From: Thermostichus sp. DRC_bins_24
Lineage (GTDB): Bacteria; Cyanobacteriota; Cyanobacteriia; Thermostichales; Thermostichaceae
Length of the DNA: 44,845 nt
Reading direction: 5' to 3'
Assembly (NCBI GenBank): GCA_039794845.1
Contig: JAUQVK010000107.1
Location: forward strand, 1-44,845
Under the pieces are notes generated by a model, which saw only the letters and a program-made list of their open reading frames with translations, was not told the origin of the DNA and searched no databases. This document shows, in pieces, positions 18,154 through 28,134 of this stretch. The translations under genes and the position numbers were made by a program. Each line of letters starts with the position of its first letter. The stretch's first letter is position 1.

Positions 18154-20424
18154 TTACCGGGATCCATTTTGATGGTGGCGGGAACGAAGCACGATCACAT
18201 CGGAAAGCTGGCGCAGCTGGCTCTGAACTTGGGTGAGTTGTTTTTTGTCGCGCACATCGATACAGAGGTCGATCAGGGCAGTGCGGTTGGCAAAAGTTTG
18301 GACCCTGGCATTGCGGACATTGATACTCTGGTCGGACAGACGGGAAAGAATGTCCCGCAGAACCCCGACGCGGTCGATCACCTCCAGCCGCAGTTCCACC
18401 GGGTAGGTCCGGGCGTTCTGCTTCAGTTGCTCTTGGTTCCAGCGCACCGGCACCAGCCGTTCTCCCGAAACCTGAGCGACGCGGGGACAGTCTTGGTGGT
18501 GGATGGTGATGCCGTTGAAGCGGGTCACCACCCCTAGGATGGGATCCCCTGGCAGCGGGTTACAGCACTTGGCCAGCTGATGTTTCAGGCCTTCCACCCC
18601 CAAGATGGGCGACTGGGCTTTGCTACGCTGGGGGGCGGTGGCCGAACGGGGCAAGAAGGTGGTAGGGATCCCAGCAGGAGCAGCAGGGGGTTCCGGCTTG
18701 GTGCCCTCCTGCAGACGGTTGATCACCAGGGTGGGAGTGGTTTCCCCGTAGCCCAGCCCCGCCAACAGATCCTCGACGCTGGCGTAGTTGAGCTTTTCGG
18801 CTACCTTCTGCATCCGTTCCGACTTGAGCAGAGCATCGAGGCCGGTTTTGCCCAGTTCCCGCTCCAGCAAGTGTCGGCCACGGAGCAGATTTTGCTCGCG
18901 GTTGGAGCGCTTAAACCATTGGCGAATGCGATTGCGGGCGGAACTGGTGGCAACAAAATTAATCCAGTCCAGGCTAGGGTGAGCATTTTTCTGGGTGATG
19001 ATCTGGACGATATCACCGTTGCGCAGGCGGGTGTCGAGGGGGACGATCTTGTTGTTGACCCGCGCCCCCGCACAGTGATCCCCCACCTCGGAATGAATGC
19101 GGTAGGCGAAATCTACCGGACAGGATCCCTGGGGTAAAGCCAGCAGATCCCCTTTGGGGGTGAAGACGTAAACCTCACTCTCGAATAGATTCTCCCGGAT
19201 GGTGTCGAGGTATTCTTTGTCGTCTTTCAGGTCGTTTTGCCACTCCAGCAGCTGCCGCAACCAGGTAAAGCGCTCCTCCTCGGGTTTGACGGCATTACTT
19301 CCCGACTCCTTGTATTTCCAGTGGGCGGCAATCCCGTACTCCGCCACGCGGTGCATTTCTTCGGTGCGCAGCTGCACCTCCACCGGACGACCCTGTGGTC
19401 CAATCACCGCCGTATGTATGGATTGATAGCGGTTGGGTTTGGGCAGACCAATATAATCCTTAAAGCGACCAGGGATCGGGCGGAAGCTATTGTGTACCAC
19501 CGCCAGCACCCGATAACATTCGCTGTTGGTCTGCACGATGACGCGCACTGCCGATAGATCGTAGATTTCGTGAAACTCTTTTCGCTGCTGCTGCATCTTA
19601 CGATAGATACCGTACAGATGCTTGGGGCGCCCACTGATCTCGAAATGTTCAAGCCCGGCTTTGATCAGGTGTTGTCGCAACTTCTCGATAAAAACTTGGA
19701 TCTCGGCTTCTCGTTCGGTTCGTTTGGCATTGACCAGCTCCTGGATTTGCCGATAGGCATCGTAGTCCAAGTACTTAAAGGCCAGATCCTCCAGTTCCCA
19801 CTTGAAATGCCAGATCCCCAGCCGGTTGGCCAGGGGGGCGAAAATCTCCATCGTTTCTGCCGCAATTTGCCGCTGCTTACTGGGGGCGAGGTATTGCAGC
19901 GTGCGCATATTGTGCAGGCGATCTGCCAGCTTGACCACGATCACCCGAATGTCTTTGGCCATCGCCACAAACATGCGGCGAAAATTTTCCGCCTGCTGCT
20001 CGGTCTTGCTCGAGAAATTAAACTTCGAAAGCTTGGTGACCCCTTCCACCAGCAGGCGCACCTCGGGGCCAAACTCTGTCTCTAGGGCCTCTAACGTGAC
20101 CTCTGTATCTTCGACAATATCGTGTAAAAACCCCGCAGCCACCGTCACGGCATCGCCCCCCAGATCCCGCAACAATCCGGCTACCGCCACCGGATGCGCA
20201 ATGTAGGGATCTCCCGATTTGCGCTTTTGGCCCTGATGCAGACAGTAGGAAAACTCAAAGGCACGGCGCAGCAGATCGGCTTCTTCGGGGGTGTAGACCC
20301 GCAGCCCATCGCCGGGATCCTCAGCACCGGCAAGCAAAGCGCGCAGCCATCCCGGCACTTCAAAATCGAGGCTATTCAGGTCGAGACCTCTACCTGAGGT
20401 GGCAGCGACAGCCGTCTGACCCAT
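18154..20424 (-). CDS. relA: Bifunctional (p)ppGpp synthetase/hydrolase RelA/SpoT
   Basis: HD domain (LHDIVED), KLADRLHNMRTL, KDYI..PKPNRYQS.HT, AAHWKYK, TGS (VYVFTPKG), CCNPLPGD, ACT domain. Confidence 0.96.
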   Translation of the reverse strand: MGQTAVAATSGRGLDLNSLDFEVPGWLRALLAGAEDPGDGLRVYTPEEADLLRRAFEFSYCLHQGQKRKSGDPYIAHPVAVAGLLRDLGGDAVTVAAGFLHDIVEDTEVTLEALETEFGPEVRLLVEGVTKLSKFNFSSKTEQQAENFRRMFVAMAKDIRVIVVKLADRLHNMRTLQYLAPSKQRQIAAETMEIFAPLANRLGIWHFKWELEDLAFKYLDYDAYRQIQELVNAKRTEREAEIQVFIEKLRQHLIKAGLEHFEISGRPKHLYGIYRKMQQQRKEFHEIYDLSAVRVIVQTNSECYRVLAVVHNSFRPIPGRFKDYIGLPKPNRYQSIHTAVIGPQGRPVEVQLRTEEMHRVAEYGIAAHWKYKESGSNAVKPEEERFTWLRQLLEWQNDLKDDKEYLDTIRENLFESEVYVFTPKGDLLALPQGSCPVDFAYRIHSEVGDHCAGARVNNKIVPLDTRLRNGDIVQIITQKNAHPSLDWINFVATSSARNRIRQWFKRSNREQNLLRGRHLLERELGKTGLDALLKSERMQKVAEKLNYASVEDLLAGLGYGETTPTLVINRLQEGTKPEPPAAPAGIPTTFLPRSATAPQRSKAQSPILGVEGLKHQLAKCCNPLPGDPILGVVTRFNGITIHHQDCPRVAQVSGERLVPVRWNQEQLKQNARTYPVELRLEVIDRVGVLRDILSRLSDQSINVRNARVQTFANRTALIDLCIDVRDKKQLTQVQSQLRQLSDVIVLRSRHHQNGSR

Positions 20425-20631
20425 GGGAACCCGAAGAGAAGGGGTAGTTAATTATTGACTATAGTTCATCCAGCTTGCTGCTGAAAGCAGCCAAATCCAA
20501 CCCAACCACCCAAGCTGCTTCAGCGGCTTCCCAGGGCAGAGGCAAGCATTCCAAGAAGCATTCAGACGCCTTCAGAACAGACCTGCCGGCCAGACCCACC
20601 GGCTACCCTTCTCCCCTCCAAAGGTGCTCCC

Positions 20632-20862
20632 CTAGTCCTCGCGCCACTCCTCGCAACCGCCAATCAAATCACAGATCGGATCCGAAGGACGGTAGTCTTG
20701 CAGCTCCAACTCTTCGGCAATCGCCTGCCATTCCCGTTGCGGGAAATAGGGCTGCAGCTGGGCAATAGCCTCAGTGCGACGCAGGGATCCCTGACGGATA
20801 AGGCGACGGGCTTCCTCTTGAATGGCCTCAACCGCGTAGTGGGTGGCTTGTAAAGTGGGCAT
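20632..20862 (-). CDS. DUF4327 family small protein
   Basis: Y..E.IQEEARRL..QG...REW..I.EELE..DY...DPI.DLIG..EW.ED pattern. Confidence 0.85.
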   Translation of the reverse strand: MPTLQATHYAVEAIQEEARRLIRQGSLRRTEAIAQLQPYFPQREWQAIAEELELQDYRPSDPICDLIGGCEEWRED

Positions 20863-20938
20863 AACTTACCTGATTGTGTGACGAATGCAGCGCAGCAAAG
20901 GGCCAGGGGCACAAATCTCGACTTGCCTTCCCACCTCC

Positions 20939-20976
20939 ATCATAGAACTCCGCCTCATTCCGTAGCAACAGATACA
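20939..20976 (-). promoter_or_regulatory. Sigma70-type promoter with an overlapping NtcA box, upstream of the DUF4327 gene
   Basis: GTA-GCAACAGA-TAC (20962-20975); minus strand TTGCTA (20968-20963), 18 nt, TATGAT (20944-20939). Confidence 0.55.
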
Positions 20977-21182
20977 ACTTTGTGCTGTAGCTAACAGGCT
21001 TTCCGCCCAGCCCGAGGCAACGGGGAAGGGGGATGGGTTAGAGGCCCGGGCTCCTCCCAGGGGTAGTGGTTTCAAGTGGAGAAAAGTTAAATTTCACCCC
21101 AGAGCCGACCAAATGGGGCTTGCCTTGGAGCATTTGTATTCTCCGTAGGGAGTGCTGCGGAGAAAGAGAATTTAACTAACTT

Positions 21183-22310
21183 TTAACCAAAGCTGACCCT
21201 GAGCAGGGAAAAGTCATCTTCGAAGTCGGGCTGACCCTGGAAGGCTTGGGCTTGACGGATCACTTGATCAAGGCTGCCATCCGCATTCTGACTCAGTAGG
21301 GCGATCAAGTTGTCTAGTCCCCAAAGTTCTTTTCGGCGATTGGCCACCTCGTAAACCCCGTCACTGAACAGGTAGAGATGACTGGCCACAGGGATCCGCA
21401 CTTGATGCATCTGAAAGTTCTGGTTGGGCAGAATACCAATGGGCAAGTTCGGGGTTTTCAGCTCGGTTGGGGTGGGAGCCTGGCAGCTCACCAACAGCGC
21501 AGGGGGATGTCCGGCACTGGCAAACTGAAGCAGCCGGGACGTAGGCTGATAGACCCCGTACCAGAGGGTGAAATACATTTCGTTGTGGGATCCCATCTGA
21601 AAGGAGTGGTTGAGGGCGCGTAAGACCGCATCCGGCTGGCGGGGATCCGTGTCGGGCAAGCTCTGCAACCGCAACTGGTTCATGACCGATACCGACAGTA
21701 GGGCGGATCCCACCCCATGTCCGGACACATCCAACAGATAAATGGCCAAATGCTCGCCGTCTAGCCAGTGATAGTTAAAGGAATCTCCCCCCAACTCCTG
21801 CGAGGGCAAAAAGCGCCAGTCGGTGGCAATGTTGCAGTCGGGGAACAGGGCAGGCTCGGGCAGTAAAGACCTGACGTAGCGGGCAGCCTCGGCCAGTTCT
21901 GCTCGCAACCTAGCCGTTTGCTGTTGCAGGTCATGGCTCAGCTGGTGCAACCGCAACCCGGCTCGAACACGGGCTTGCAACTCGTTGGGATCAATGGGTT
22001 TGCTTAAAAATTCATCTGCCCCCGCATCCAACCCCTGTACCCGATCCTCCACTTCGGTGCGAGCCGTGAGCAGAATAAAAAACGTGGTGGAAAACTTCGG
22101 ATCCGCTTTGATGCGTCGGCAAACCTCCAGCCCATCGATATCCGGCATCATCCAATCGCAGATGATCAACCCTGGAGCAACCCGATGCGCTTGTTCGATT
22201 CCCTCAAGGCCGTTGTTGGCCATCTCGACGGCGTAGCCCTGCCGCTCCAGAGACCGCTTCAACACCAGCCGAATGGTGGGATCGTCGTCAACAATCAAAA
22301 TGGCCGCCAT
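21183..22310 (-). CDS. Response regulator with PP2C/SpoIIE phosphatase output (RsbU/RsbP-like)
   Basis: REC domain (IVDDD, CDWMMP, FLSKP); GGD, DVSGHG, AGHPP, SDGV, DDFS motifs. Confidence 0.92.
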   Translation of the reverse strand: MAAILIVDDDPTIRLVLKRSLERQGYAVEMANNGLEGIEQAHRVAPGLIICDWMMPDIDGLEVCRRIKADPKFSTTFFILLTARTEVEDRVQGLDAGADEFLSKPIDPNELQARVRAGLRLHQLSHDLQQQTARLRAELAEAARYVRSLLPEPALFPDCNIATDWRFLPSQELGGDSFNYHWLDGEHLAIYLLDVSGHGVGSALLSVSVMNQLRLQSLPDTDPRQPDAVLRALNHSFQMGSHNEMYFTLWYGVYQPTSRLLQFASAGHPPALLVSCQAPTPTELKTPNLPIGILPNQNFQMHQVRIPVASHLYLFSDGVYEVANRRKELWGLDNLIALLSQNADGSLDQVIRQAQAFQGQPDFEDDFSLLRVSFG

Positions 22311-22479
22311 GCCCCGTGGTTCCCAATCTCGCAGGCTAAAACATCATCCAAATACGATGCTCAAATGTAATAATTTACACATCAATCAAAAAAGCATCGT
22401 CCCATCGCCTTTCCAGTTTGGGTGCCAGACCAGAATAGTGAGGGCTCCCTCAAGGGTGAGAAGTCAAGGGATTGCAGAG

Positions 22480-22752
22480 GTGTGTCCCGTTAGCGATGAT
22501 AGAAAGAGTCTCAGCAATTTCCCTTATCTCTGGAGTTACATAGAAGTTTACGAAGCTACAGAAACCGTGGTTGCACGATACACAGAAGCCGACCATCCCA
22601 GGATACTGATAGCAGAGGATCCTTTTCTTTGCCAATGGCTTAAGCGGTGGAGTACAGCCCTGAACTTAGAGAGCTTACGGATTGACTTCGATAGCGTTCG
22701 GCGATTCTTTCCTCCTCTGCCTGTTGTGCCTGTATGGGGCTTTGTTGCATGA
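22480..22752 (+). CDS. Small hypothetical protein (about 90 aa)
   Basis: Open frame ending in an ATGA overlap with the next gene; GTG start at 22480 is a best guess. Confidence 0.45.
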   Translation: MCPVSDDRKSLSNFPYLWSYIEVYEATETVVARYTEADHPRILIAEDPFLCQWLKRWSTALNLESLRIDFDSVRRFFPPLPVVPVWGFVA

Positions 22753-24560
22753 GTGTATCTCCTCTATCGGAATCTCCTCCCCCAGCACAGGATCCCCGCG
22801 CCACCCTGCCTCCTGTACCGCTCAAGGTTCCGGATGGAGAAGTTCGACTGGAGGATTTGGACAGGAAGCAGCTGCTGGCCAGCTTGTCTTTGGTGGTACT
22901 AAACCAATCTGCCTGGAGCTGTTTCAGCCTTAGCGAAACCAGCCGCCTGTTGCGCCCCCTGCAAATTTGTCCCGATATCACCGGCACCCCCGTTCTTTCT
23001 CAGGAGGCAACCGCCGAGGTTGTCTACAAGTTTTTGATGAGCAACGGTCGGATCGGAACCATGAAGGGATTGATCTCCATCGAAGATTTCCGTGGGGATC
23101 GGCTGCGCTCCGTCTTCGACCAACTGCATATCGAGAAGATCGTACCAGTTTTTACCGAGTCGATAGTGGTGCAGATTATCGACCACCTAAAGCCGATCTT
23201 CGCCCGCGATTTGGATGCGCTGCTCTGGCAAGAAACCTTTTACTTTACAGCCCAAGATTTGCGCCAGGAAGAGTTTTTGTTGCGCGGCCTCCGGCCGGAA
23301 GCAATCCCACGCAGCTTTCGCCCTCATCTGCAAAGGGTGTACACCAAAATCCTCGAGGTGTGTCGTAGTCTGCCCAACATCGCCTTTCAACTGTGCTTGC
23401 GGGCCTATCTGGAGTACAACGAGGTCAAAAACAAGCACCTACTGGCCACTTTGTTAAGCAAGTATTTCTACACCCTCTACCGCATTGGTGGGTTATCTCG
23501 TCTGGAAAGCTGGGCTCCGATCGAGGTGGGATCCCTGCGCTCTTCCAGCCATCGCGTTCGGGTACAGGCTCTCTCTCGCCTTTTAACCATGGACAATGAC
23601 AGCGACGATCCGCTGGTGGGCATCGGCGGCACAGGTTTGGCGGGTGGCTATTTCAGCGGCGGGGGGGAATCCTCCAGCATGGAAATGGTGAGCGCAGAAG
23701 AGATTCACAGGCTGCGACAGGATGTGGAAGTGGCCCGCGGCGAGAGGATTCAGGCGCAGCAACTGGTGGCCCAGTACCAAGAGGAAGAAAAGCAAGAACT
23801 GCTCAAACGCCTGCAGGATCCGGATAAATTTTTGCTCTTCAGCATCCATCAGTTTTTTGACAATGTCTTTGGCTCCCTGCCGGGTGAGGTGAAAGGCGAG
23901 TACGGAGCCGTTTGGGTGCCGCGCACCTCCTATTTGGATGAGAAGGCCCGGGAGCAGTTGATGGAGCATTTGCGCCTGATCACCAGCGAAATCTATCTGC
24001 TTAACATTCCTTTCAAGGAAGCCACCATTATCGGCTACTGGCGGGCTTTGGCCGACTCCTTCTATCACCAGTGGGTTCTGAATCAATACAAGCAGTTGCA
24101 AGACTATGGAGTGGAGCTGGAGCAAAATGGCATTCGCATTCTGGAGCGCGAGCGGTTTCTCGATGAGGTGCAGTTGCGCTTTGCCGCTCGCCACCGAGAG
24201 ATCGTTGACCAAAGTGTGTCGCAGATTGCCCAGATTGTGGTAGACAGTTTGGCCAAACGGGTGGCGATCAACACCAGCCAGCAGAGCTTTCAGGCGATGC
24301 GGGCCAAGCTGACGACGGTTTTGGATATGGATATCTCCCGCAAGGATGTGGGGGAAGTGAAGCGGCTCATCGACTTCTTCACCGATGTATTCCTGGGCAA
24401 ACGGGAGGAACTGCCCTCTCCCTACCCCGTGGGCACAATTCTGCGGGTGAAGGAGGCGATTGAAGCTCGTCCCCCCGATAATCGCACTCGCATTGGTCTG
24501 GAAATTTTGAATCAGCTGTACCGTGAGTACGTTCCTACCCTGCAGCACGTGCCAAAATAG
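22749..24560 (+). CDS. Hypothetical protein (about 603 aa, helical, central Gly-rich linker and coiled coil)
   Basis: Long ORF with protein-like composition; no family recognised. Confidence 0.85.
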   Translation: MSVSPLSESPPPAQDPRATLPPVPLKVPDGEVRLEDLDRKQLLASLSLVVLNQSAWSCFSLSETSRLLRPLQICPDITGTPVLSQEATAEVVYKFLMSNGRIGTMKGLISIEDFRGDRLRSVFDQLHIEKIVPVFTESIVVQIIDHLKPIFARDLDALLWQETFYFTAQDLRQEEFLLRGLRPEAIPRSFRPHLQRVYTKILEVCRSLPNIAFQLCLRAYLEYNEVKNKHLLATLLSKYFYTLYRIGGLSRLESWAPIEVGSLRSSSHRVRVQALSRLLTMDNDSDDPLVGIGGTGLAGGYFSGGGESSSMEMVSAEEIHRLRQDVEVARGERIQAQQLVAQYQEEEKQELLKRLQDPDKFLLFSIHQFFDNVFGSLPGEVKGEYGAVWVPRTSYLDEKAREQLMEHLRLITSEIYLLNIPFKEATIIGYWRALADSFYHQWVLNQYKQLQDYGVELEQNGIRILERERFLDEVQLRFAARHREIVDQSVSQIAQIVVDSLAKRVAINTSQQSFQAMRAKLTTVLDMDISRKDVGEVKRLIDFFTDVFLGKREELPSPYPVGTILRVKEAIEARPPDNRTRIGLEILNQLYREYVPTLQHVPK

Positions 24561-24622
24561 GGATTGGCCTATAGCGTTGGATCCCCTACCCCGGCAGCAG
24601 CAAGGCGCAGCAGCAAGGCAAG

Positions 24623-24809
24623 GTACAGCCCTTGCGCGGCTTTCCTACGACAGGGCTTACGGGGCTGATGTTTCCTGCTCCGGAGGGCAACCCTCCGGAG
24701 GGTAGATCTCAACTTCCACGGTTGTTACAGGTAACCGGCGGTGCCCTATGGTGGGCGAGCGCGCCAGCGTGCCCCCTGCGTAAACGGCTTTAGGGATGCA
24801 AGGCTGTTA
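24623..24809 (+). ncRNA. ssrS: 6S RNA (SsrS/SsaA)
   Basis: About 185-nt rod closed by ACAGCCcTTGC / GCAAGGCTGT, inner TACG.CAGGG / CCCTG.CGTA pairing; AACCGGCGGTGCC and AAACGGC motifs resemble cyanobacterial 6S RNA as recalled, not searched. Confidence 0.7.
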
Positions 24810-24915
24810 TCTAGGACACGAAAAATCTTGGCCCTAAACGCTTTAGTAGAAACTGTCTTAATTTACTTAATTTAGAATATTTAGAATATTCAGTCTTCTT
24901 GGCTCCGGTCTGCTT

Positions 24916-25740
24916 ATGGTTTTGGCTCGACAACCTGATCTGGCCACCCTGGTTCAAGCCCGCTATGGTCAGCCGCTCTCCGGGATCCCGGCATTGCCTC
25001 ACCTGGAGCTGTTGCTGAGCCATCGCTCGGTGCGAGCCTATCGGTCGGATCCCTTGCCGGAAGGGACACTGGAGGCCTTGATCTCGGCAGCCCAGTCGGC
25101 AGCGACCTCATCGAATCTGCAAACTTGGAGCGTGGTTGCCATCCGGGAGCCGCAACGAAAAGCCCGTTTGGCAGAATTGGCAGGAGGGCAAGCCCACATT
25201 CGTCAGTGCCCTCTGTTTTTGGTGTGGCTGGCGGATCTGGCCCGGCTGAGACAGGTGGGAGAAACCCAGGGGTTGCCCTCCGCGGGGCTGGATTATCTGG
25301 AAATGTTTTTGGTGGCCTCGATGGATGCAGCTTTGGCGGCTCAGAATGCCGTGATCGCTGCCGAAGGTATGGGGCTGGGGACGGTTTACATTGGGGCGAT
25401 GCGCAATCAACCGGAAGCCGTGGCCAGGGAGCTGGCCTTGCCCAGCCTAACCTTTGCAGTGTTTGGGTTGTGCGTTGGGTATGCGGCCCAGGCTGCTGCC
25501 ATTAAACCGCGGCTTCCCCAGAGGGCTGTGGTGCATACGGAGCAATACCAACTGGAGGCCCAAACCGAGGCGATTGCAGAATACAACCAGGTGATGCGGG
25601 CTTTTTACCGTGCCCAAAACATGCAGGTGGAAGGGGATTGGACAGAACACTCTCTGCGTCGGGTGGCAGGGCCAGACTCGTTGTCGGGGCGGAACCAACT
25701 GCGGCAGGCTTTGCACCACCTGGGGTTTAAGTTGCTCTAG
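24916..25740 (+). CDS. NADPH-dependent flavin oxidoreductase / nitroreductase (NfsA/Frp family)
   Basis: HRSVRAY, SAATSSNLQTWS, DAALAAQN...GLGTVYIGAMRN, KPRLP motifs. Confidence 0.92.
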   Translation: MVLARQPDLATLVQARYGQPLSGIPALPHLELLLSHRSVRAYRSDPLPEGTLEALISAAQSAATSSNLQTWSVVAIREPQRKARLAELAGGQAHIRQCPLFLVWLADLARLRQVGETQGLPSAGLDYLEMFLVASMDAALAAQNAVIAAEGMGLGTVYIGAMRNQPEAVARELALPSLTFAVFGLCVGYAAQAAAIKPRLPQRAVVHTEQYQLEAQTEAIAEYNQVMRAFYRAQNMQVEGDWTEHSLRRVAGPDSLSGRNQLRQALHHLGFKLL

Positions 25741-25838
25741 GGATCCCTTCGTCGGGGGTGACCCAGGCGCCGGGTCATAAGGTTTGATTTGTATTTGTGC
25801 GGGGTTGGGTTCGCCCAAGGGCCTTTAGGAGACTTCTC

Positions 25839-26879
25839 ATGCGTTACCACCAGCTCGGCGGGAGCTCTTTGCAGGTTTCAGAAATTTGCCTGGGCACCAT
25901 GACCTTTGGGCAGCAAAACACCCTGGCCGAGGCCCATGAACAGTTGGATTACGCCCTGGCGCAGGGGATCAACTTCATCGATGCTGCCGAGATGTATCCG
26001 GTGCCGGCCCGGGCAGAAACCCAGGGGGCGACAGAGCGCTACATCGGCGAGTGGTTGCAGCATCAACAGCGGGATCGCCTGATCATCGCCACCAAAATTG
26101 CCGGCCCCGGTCGGCCCTGGCACTGGATTCGCAATGGCTCCCTTTCCATCACCCGCGAGAACCTCAAACAAGCGGTGGCGGACAGCCTGAAGCGCCTCAA
26201 GACCGACTACATCGATCTTTATCAAATCCACTGGCCAGATCGTTACGTGCCCCAATTCGGTGCCGTTTCCTACGATCCCAGCCAGGAACGGCCCACCATC
26301 CCGATCGCCGAACAGCTTGAGGCCCTGGGAGAACTGGTGCAGGCGGGCTTGATTCGCTATATCGGCCTCAGCAACGAAACCCCTTGGGGGGTGAGCGAGT
26401 TTTGCCGCATAGCCGCTCAATTGGGGCTGCCCAAGGTGGTCTCCATCCAAAATGCCTACAACTTGATCAACCGGGTATTTGAGGTGGGGCTGGCGGAAGT
26501 GTGTCGCCATGAGCAGGTGGGCTTGCTCGCCTACAGTCCGCTCGGGTTTGGGCTGCTGACGGGAAAATACTTGGGGGGCGCAAAACCCCAAGGCTCCCGT
26601 TTGGCTTTGTTTGAGAACTTTGGTCAGCGCTACCTGAAACCTAATGTAGCAGAGGCAACAGCGGGCTATGTGCAAATTGCTCGGAAATACGGCTTGACTC
26701 CAGCACAGCTGGCTTTGGCGTTTGTGCGCAGCCGCTGGTTTGTCGCCAGCACCATCGTGGGAGCCACCAGCCTGGCGCAACTGCAGGAAAACCTCAGTTG
26801 TCTGGAGGTGGAGCTGTCTCCAGAGGTGCTGGCGGAGATCGAAGCAGTACACCAGCGCTATCCCAGCCCGGCTCCCTGA
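25839..26879 (+). CDS. NADP(H)-dependent aldo-keto reductase (Tas-like)
   Basis: CLGTMTFGQQN, DAAEMYPVP, DLYQIHWP, GLSNETPWG, LAYSPLGFG.LTGKY. Confidence 0.92.
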   Translation: MRYHQLGGSSLQVSEICLGTMTFGQQNTLAEAHEQLDYALAQGINFIDAAEMYPVPARAETQGATERYIGEWLQHQQRDRLIIATKIAGPGRPWHWIRNGSLSITRENLKQAVADSLKRLKTDYIDLYQIHWPDRYVPQFGAVSYDPSQERPTIPIAEQLEALGELVQAGLIRYIGLSNETPWGVSEFCRIAAQLGLPKVVSIQNAYNLINRVFEVGLAEVCRHEQVGLLAYSPLGFGLLTGKYLGGAKPQGSRLALFENFGQRYLKPNVAEATAGYVQIARKYGLTPAQLALAFVRSRWFVASTIVGATSLAQLQENLSCLEVELSPEVLAEIEAVHQRYPSPAP

Positions 26880-26948
26880 GGGGGGGGGTAGTCGGGTGGT
26901 TTTGTTCGAAAGCAAAAGAGAAAAGAGGCTGAGGGTTCGGGCCTCCAA

Positions 26949-28061
26949 TCATTTCGAGCCTGTGGACAGAGCCGCCAGAATCTTTTCCCCCATTTCCTGG
27001 CAGCCGACGAGGAGCATCCCCTCGGAGTAGATATCTCCGGTGCGGTAGCCCTGGGCCAGAACCGTTTCCACCGCCCGTTCAATCCTGGCGGCGGCCTCCG
27101 GCTGATCCAACGAGTAGCGCAGCATCATCGCGCCGGAGAGCACCTGAGCGATCGGGTTGGCTTTGTCTTGTCCGGCAATGTCGGGGGCCGATCCATGCAC
27201 CGGCTCGTACACCCCGGGCCCTGCAGACCCCAAAGAGGCCGAAGGCAACATGCCGATGGAGCCGGTTAGCATCGCCGCTTCATCCGAGAGGATATCGCCG
27301 AAAAGGTTGCCTGTCAGGATCACATCAAACTGCTTGGGCCAGCGCACCAGCTGCATAGCCGCATTGTCCACGTACATGTGGGAAAGTTCCACATCCGGGT
27401 ACTCAGCGCCTACCGCCGTCACCCGCTCCCGCCACAGCTGTGATACTTCCAGCACATTGGCTTTGTCAACTGAACAGAGTTTATGTCGGCGTTTTTGGGC
27501 CAGATCAAAGGCAACCCGGGCAATCCGGTCCACTTCGGCCTCGCTGTAGACCATCGTGTTCACCCCGCGCCGGGATCCTGCAGCATCCGCAAAGATCCCC
27601 TTGGGCTGGCCAAAGTAGATGCCGCCCGTCAGCTCCCTTACCACCATCAGGTCGATCCCTTCGACCACCTCCCGCTTCAGGGAAGAAGAGTCCACCAGCT
27701 GCGGCAGAATTTTCACCGGGCGCAAATTGGCGAACAACCCTAGGCCTGCCCTCAGGCCCAACAGGGCCCGTTCCGGTCGTTTGTCGCGGGGTAGGGTATC
27801 GTACTTAAAATCTCCAACGGCAGCCAGATAGACCGCATCGCTGTCTTGGGCCATTTTCAGGGTTTCTGCCGGCAAGGGATCCCCGGTTTGCTCGTAGGCA
27901 ATCCCGCCGATCAGGCCCTCCTGCCACCGGATGGCAAACCCCATCTGCTGGGCTACCGCATCCAAGACCGCCCGCCCCACCCGCAGAATCTCCGGGCCAA
28001 TGCCATCTCCGGCCAGCGCAGTGATCCGATAAATCCGATAGGGGGGAGAAGGGGCACTCAT
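26949..28061 (-). CDS. leuB: 3-isopropylmalate dehydrogenase
   Basis: [48 protein letters not shown]. Confidence 0.96.
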   Translation of the reverse strand: MSAPSPPYRIYRITALAGDGIGPEILRVGRAVLDAVAQQMGFAIRWQEGLIGGIAYEQTGDPLPAETLKMAQDSDAVYLAAVGDFKYDTLPRDKRPERALLGLRAGLGLFANLRPVKILPQLVDSSSLKREVVEGIDLMVVRELTGGIYFGQPKGIFADAAGSRRGVNTMVYSEAEVDRIARVAFDLAQKRRHKLCSVDKANVLEVSQLWRERVTAVGAEYPDVELSHMYVDNAAMQLVRWPKQFDVILTGNLFGDILSDEAAMLTGSIGMLPSASLGSAGPGVYEPVHGSAPDIAGQDKANPIAQVLSGAMMLRYSLDQPEAAARIERAVETVLAQGYRTGDIYSEGMLLVGCQEMGEKILAALSTGSK

Positions 28062-28134
28062 GAGGGGTTGAACGGGGGGCAAGGGCTTAGTGATACTACC
28101 ATTTCGGATCCCTGAGTCTCAGCCTCCCTCCAAG

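Noticed and set aside
20459..20599. 46-codon minus-strand ORF upstream of relA
   Set aside because: Short, no family motif, overlaps the hairpin and promoter-like tract
23611..23640. LVGIGGTG resembling a tubulin/FtsZ-like or Rossmann nucleotide-binding loop
   Set aside because: It sits in a low-complexity linker with no preceding beta strand and no downstream GGGTGSG signature
25878..26948. Long antisense ORFs (also 735-1520, 8242-9231, 23583-24548, 39706-40680)
   Set aside because: Shadow frames opposite well-supported genes in GC-rich DNA, with no recognisable motifs
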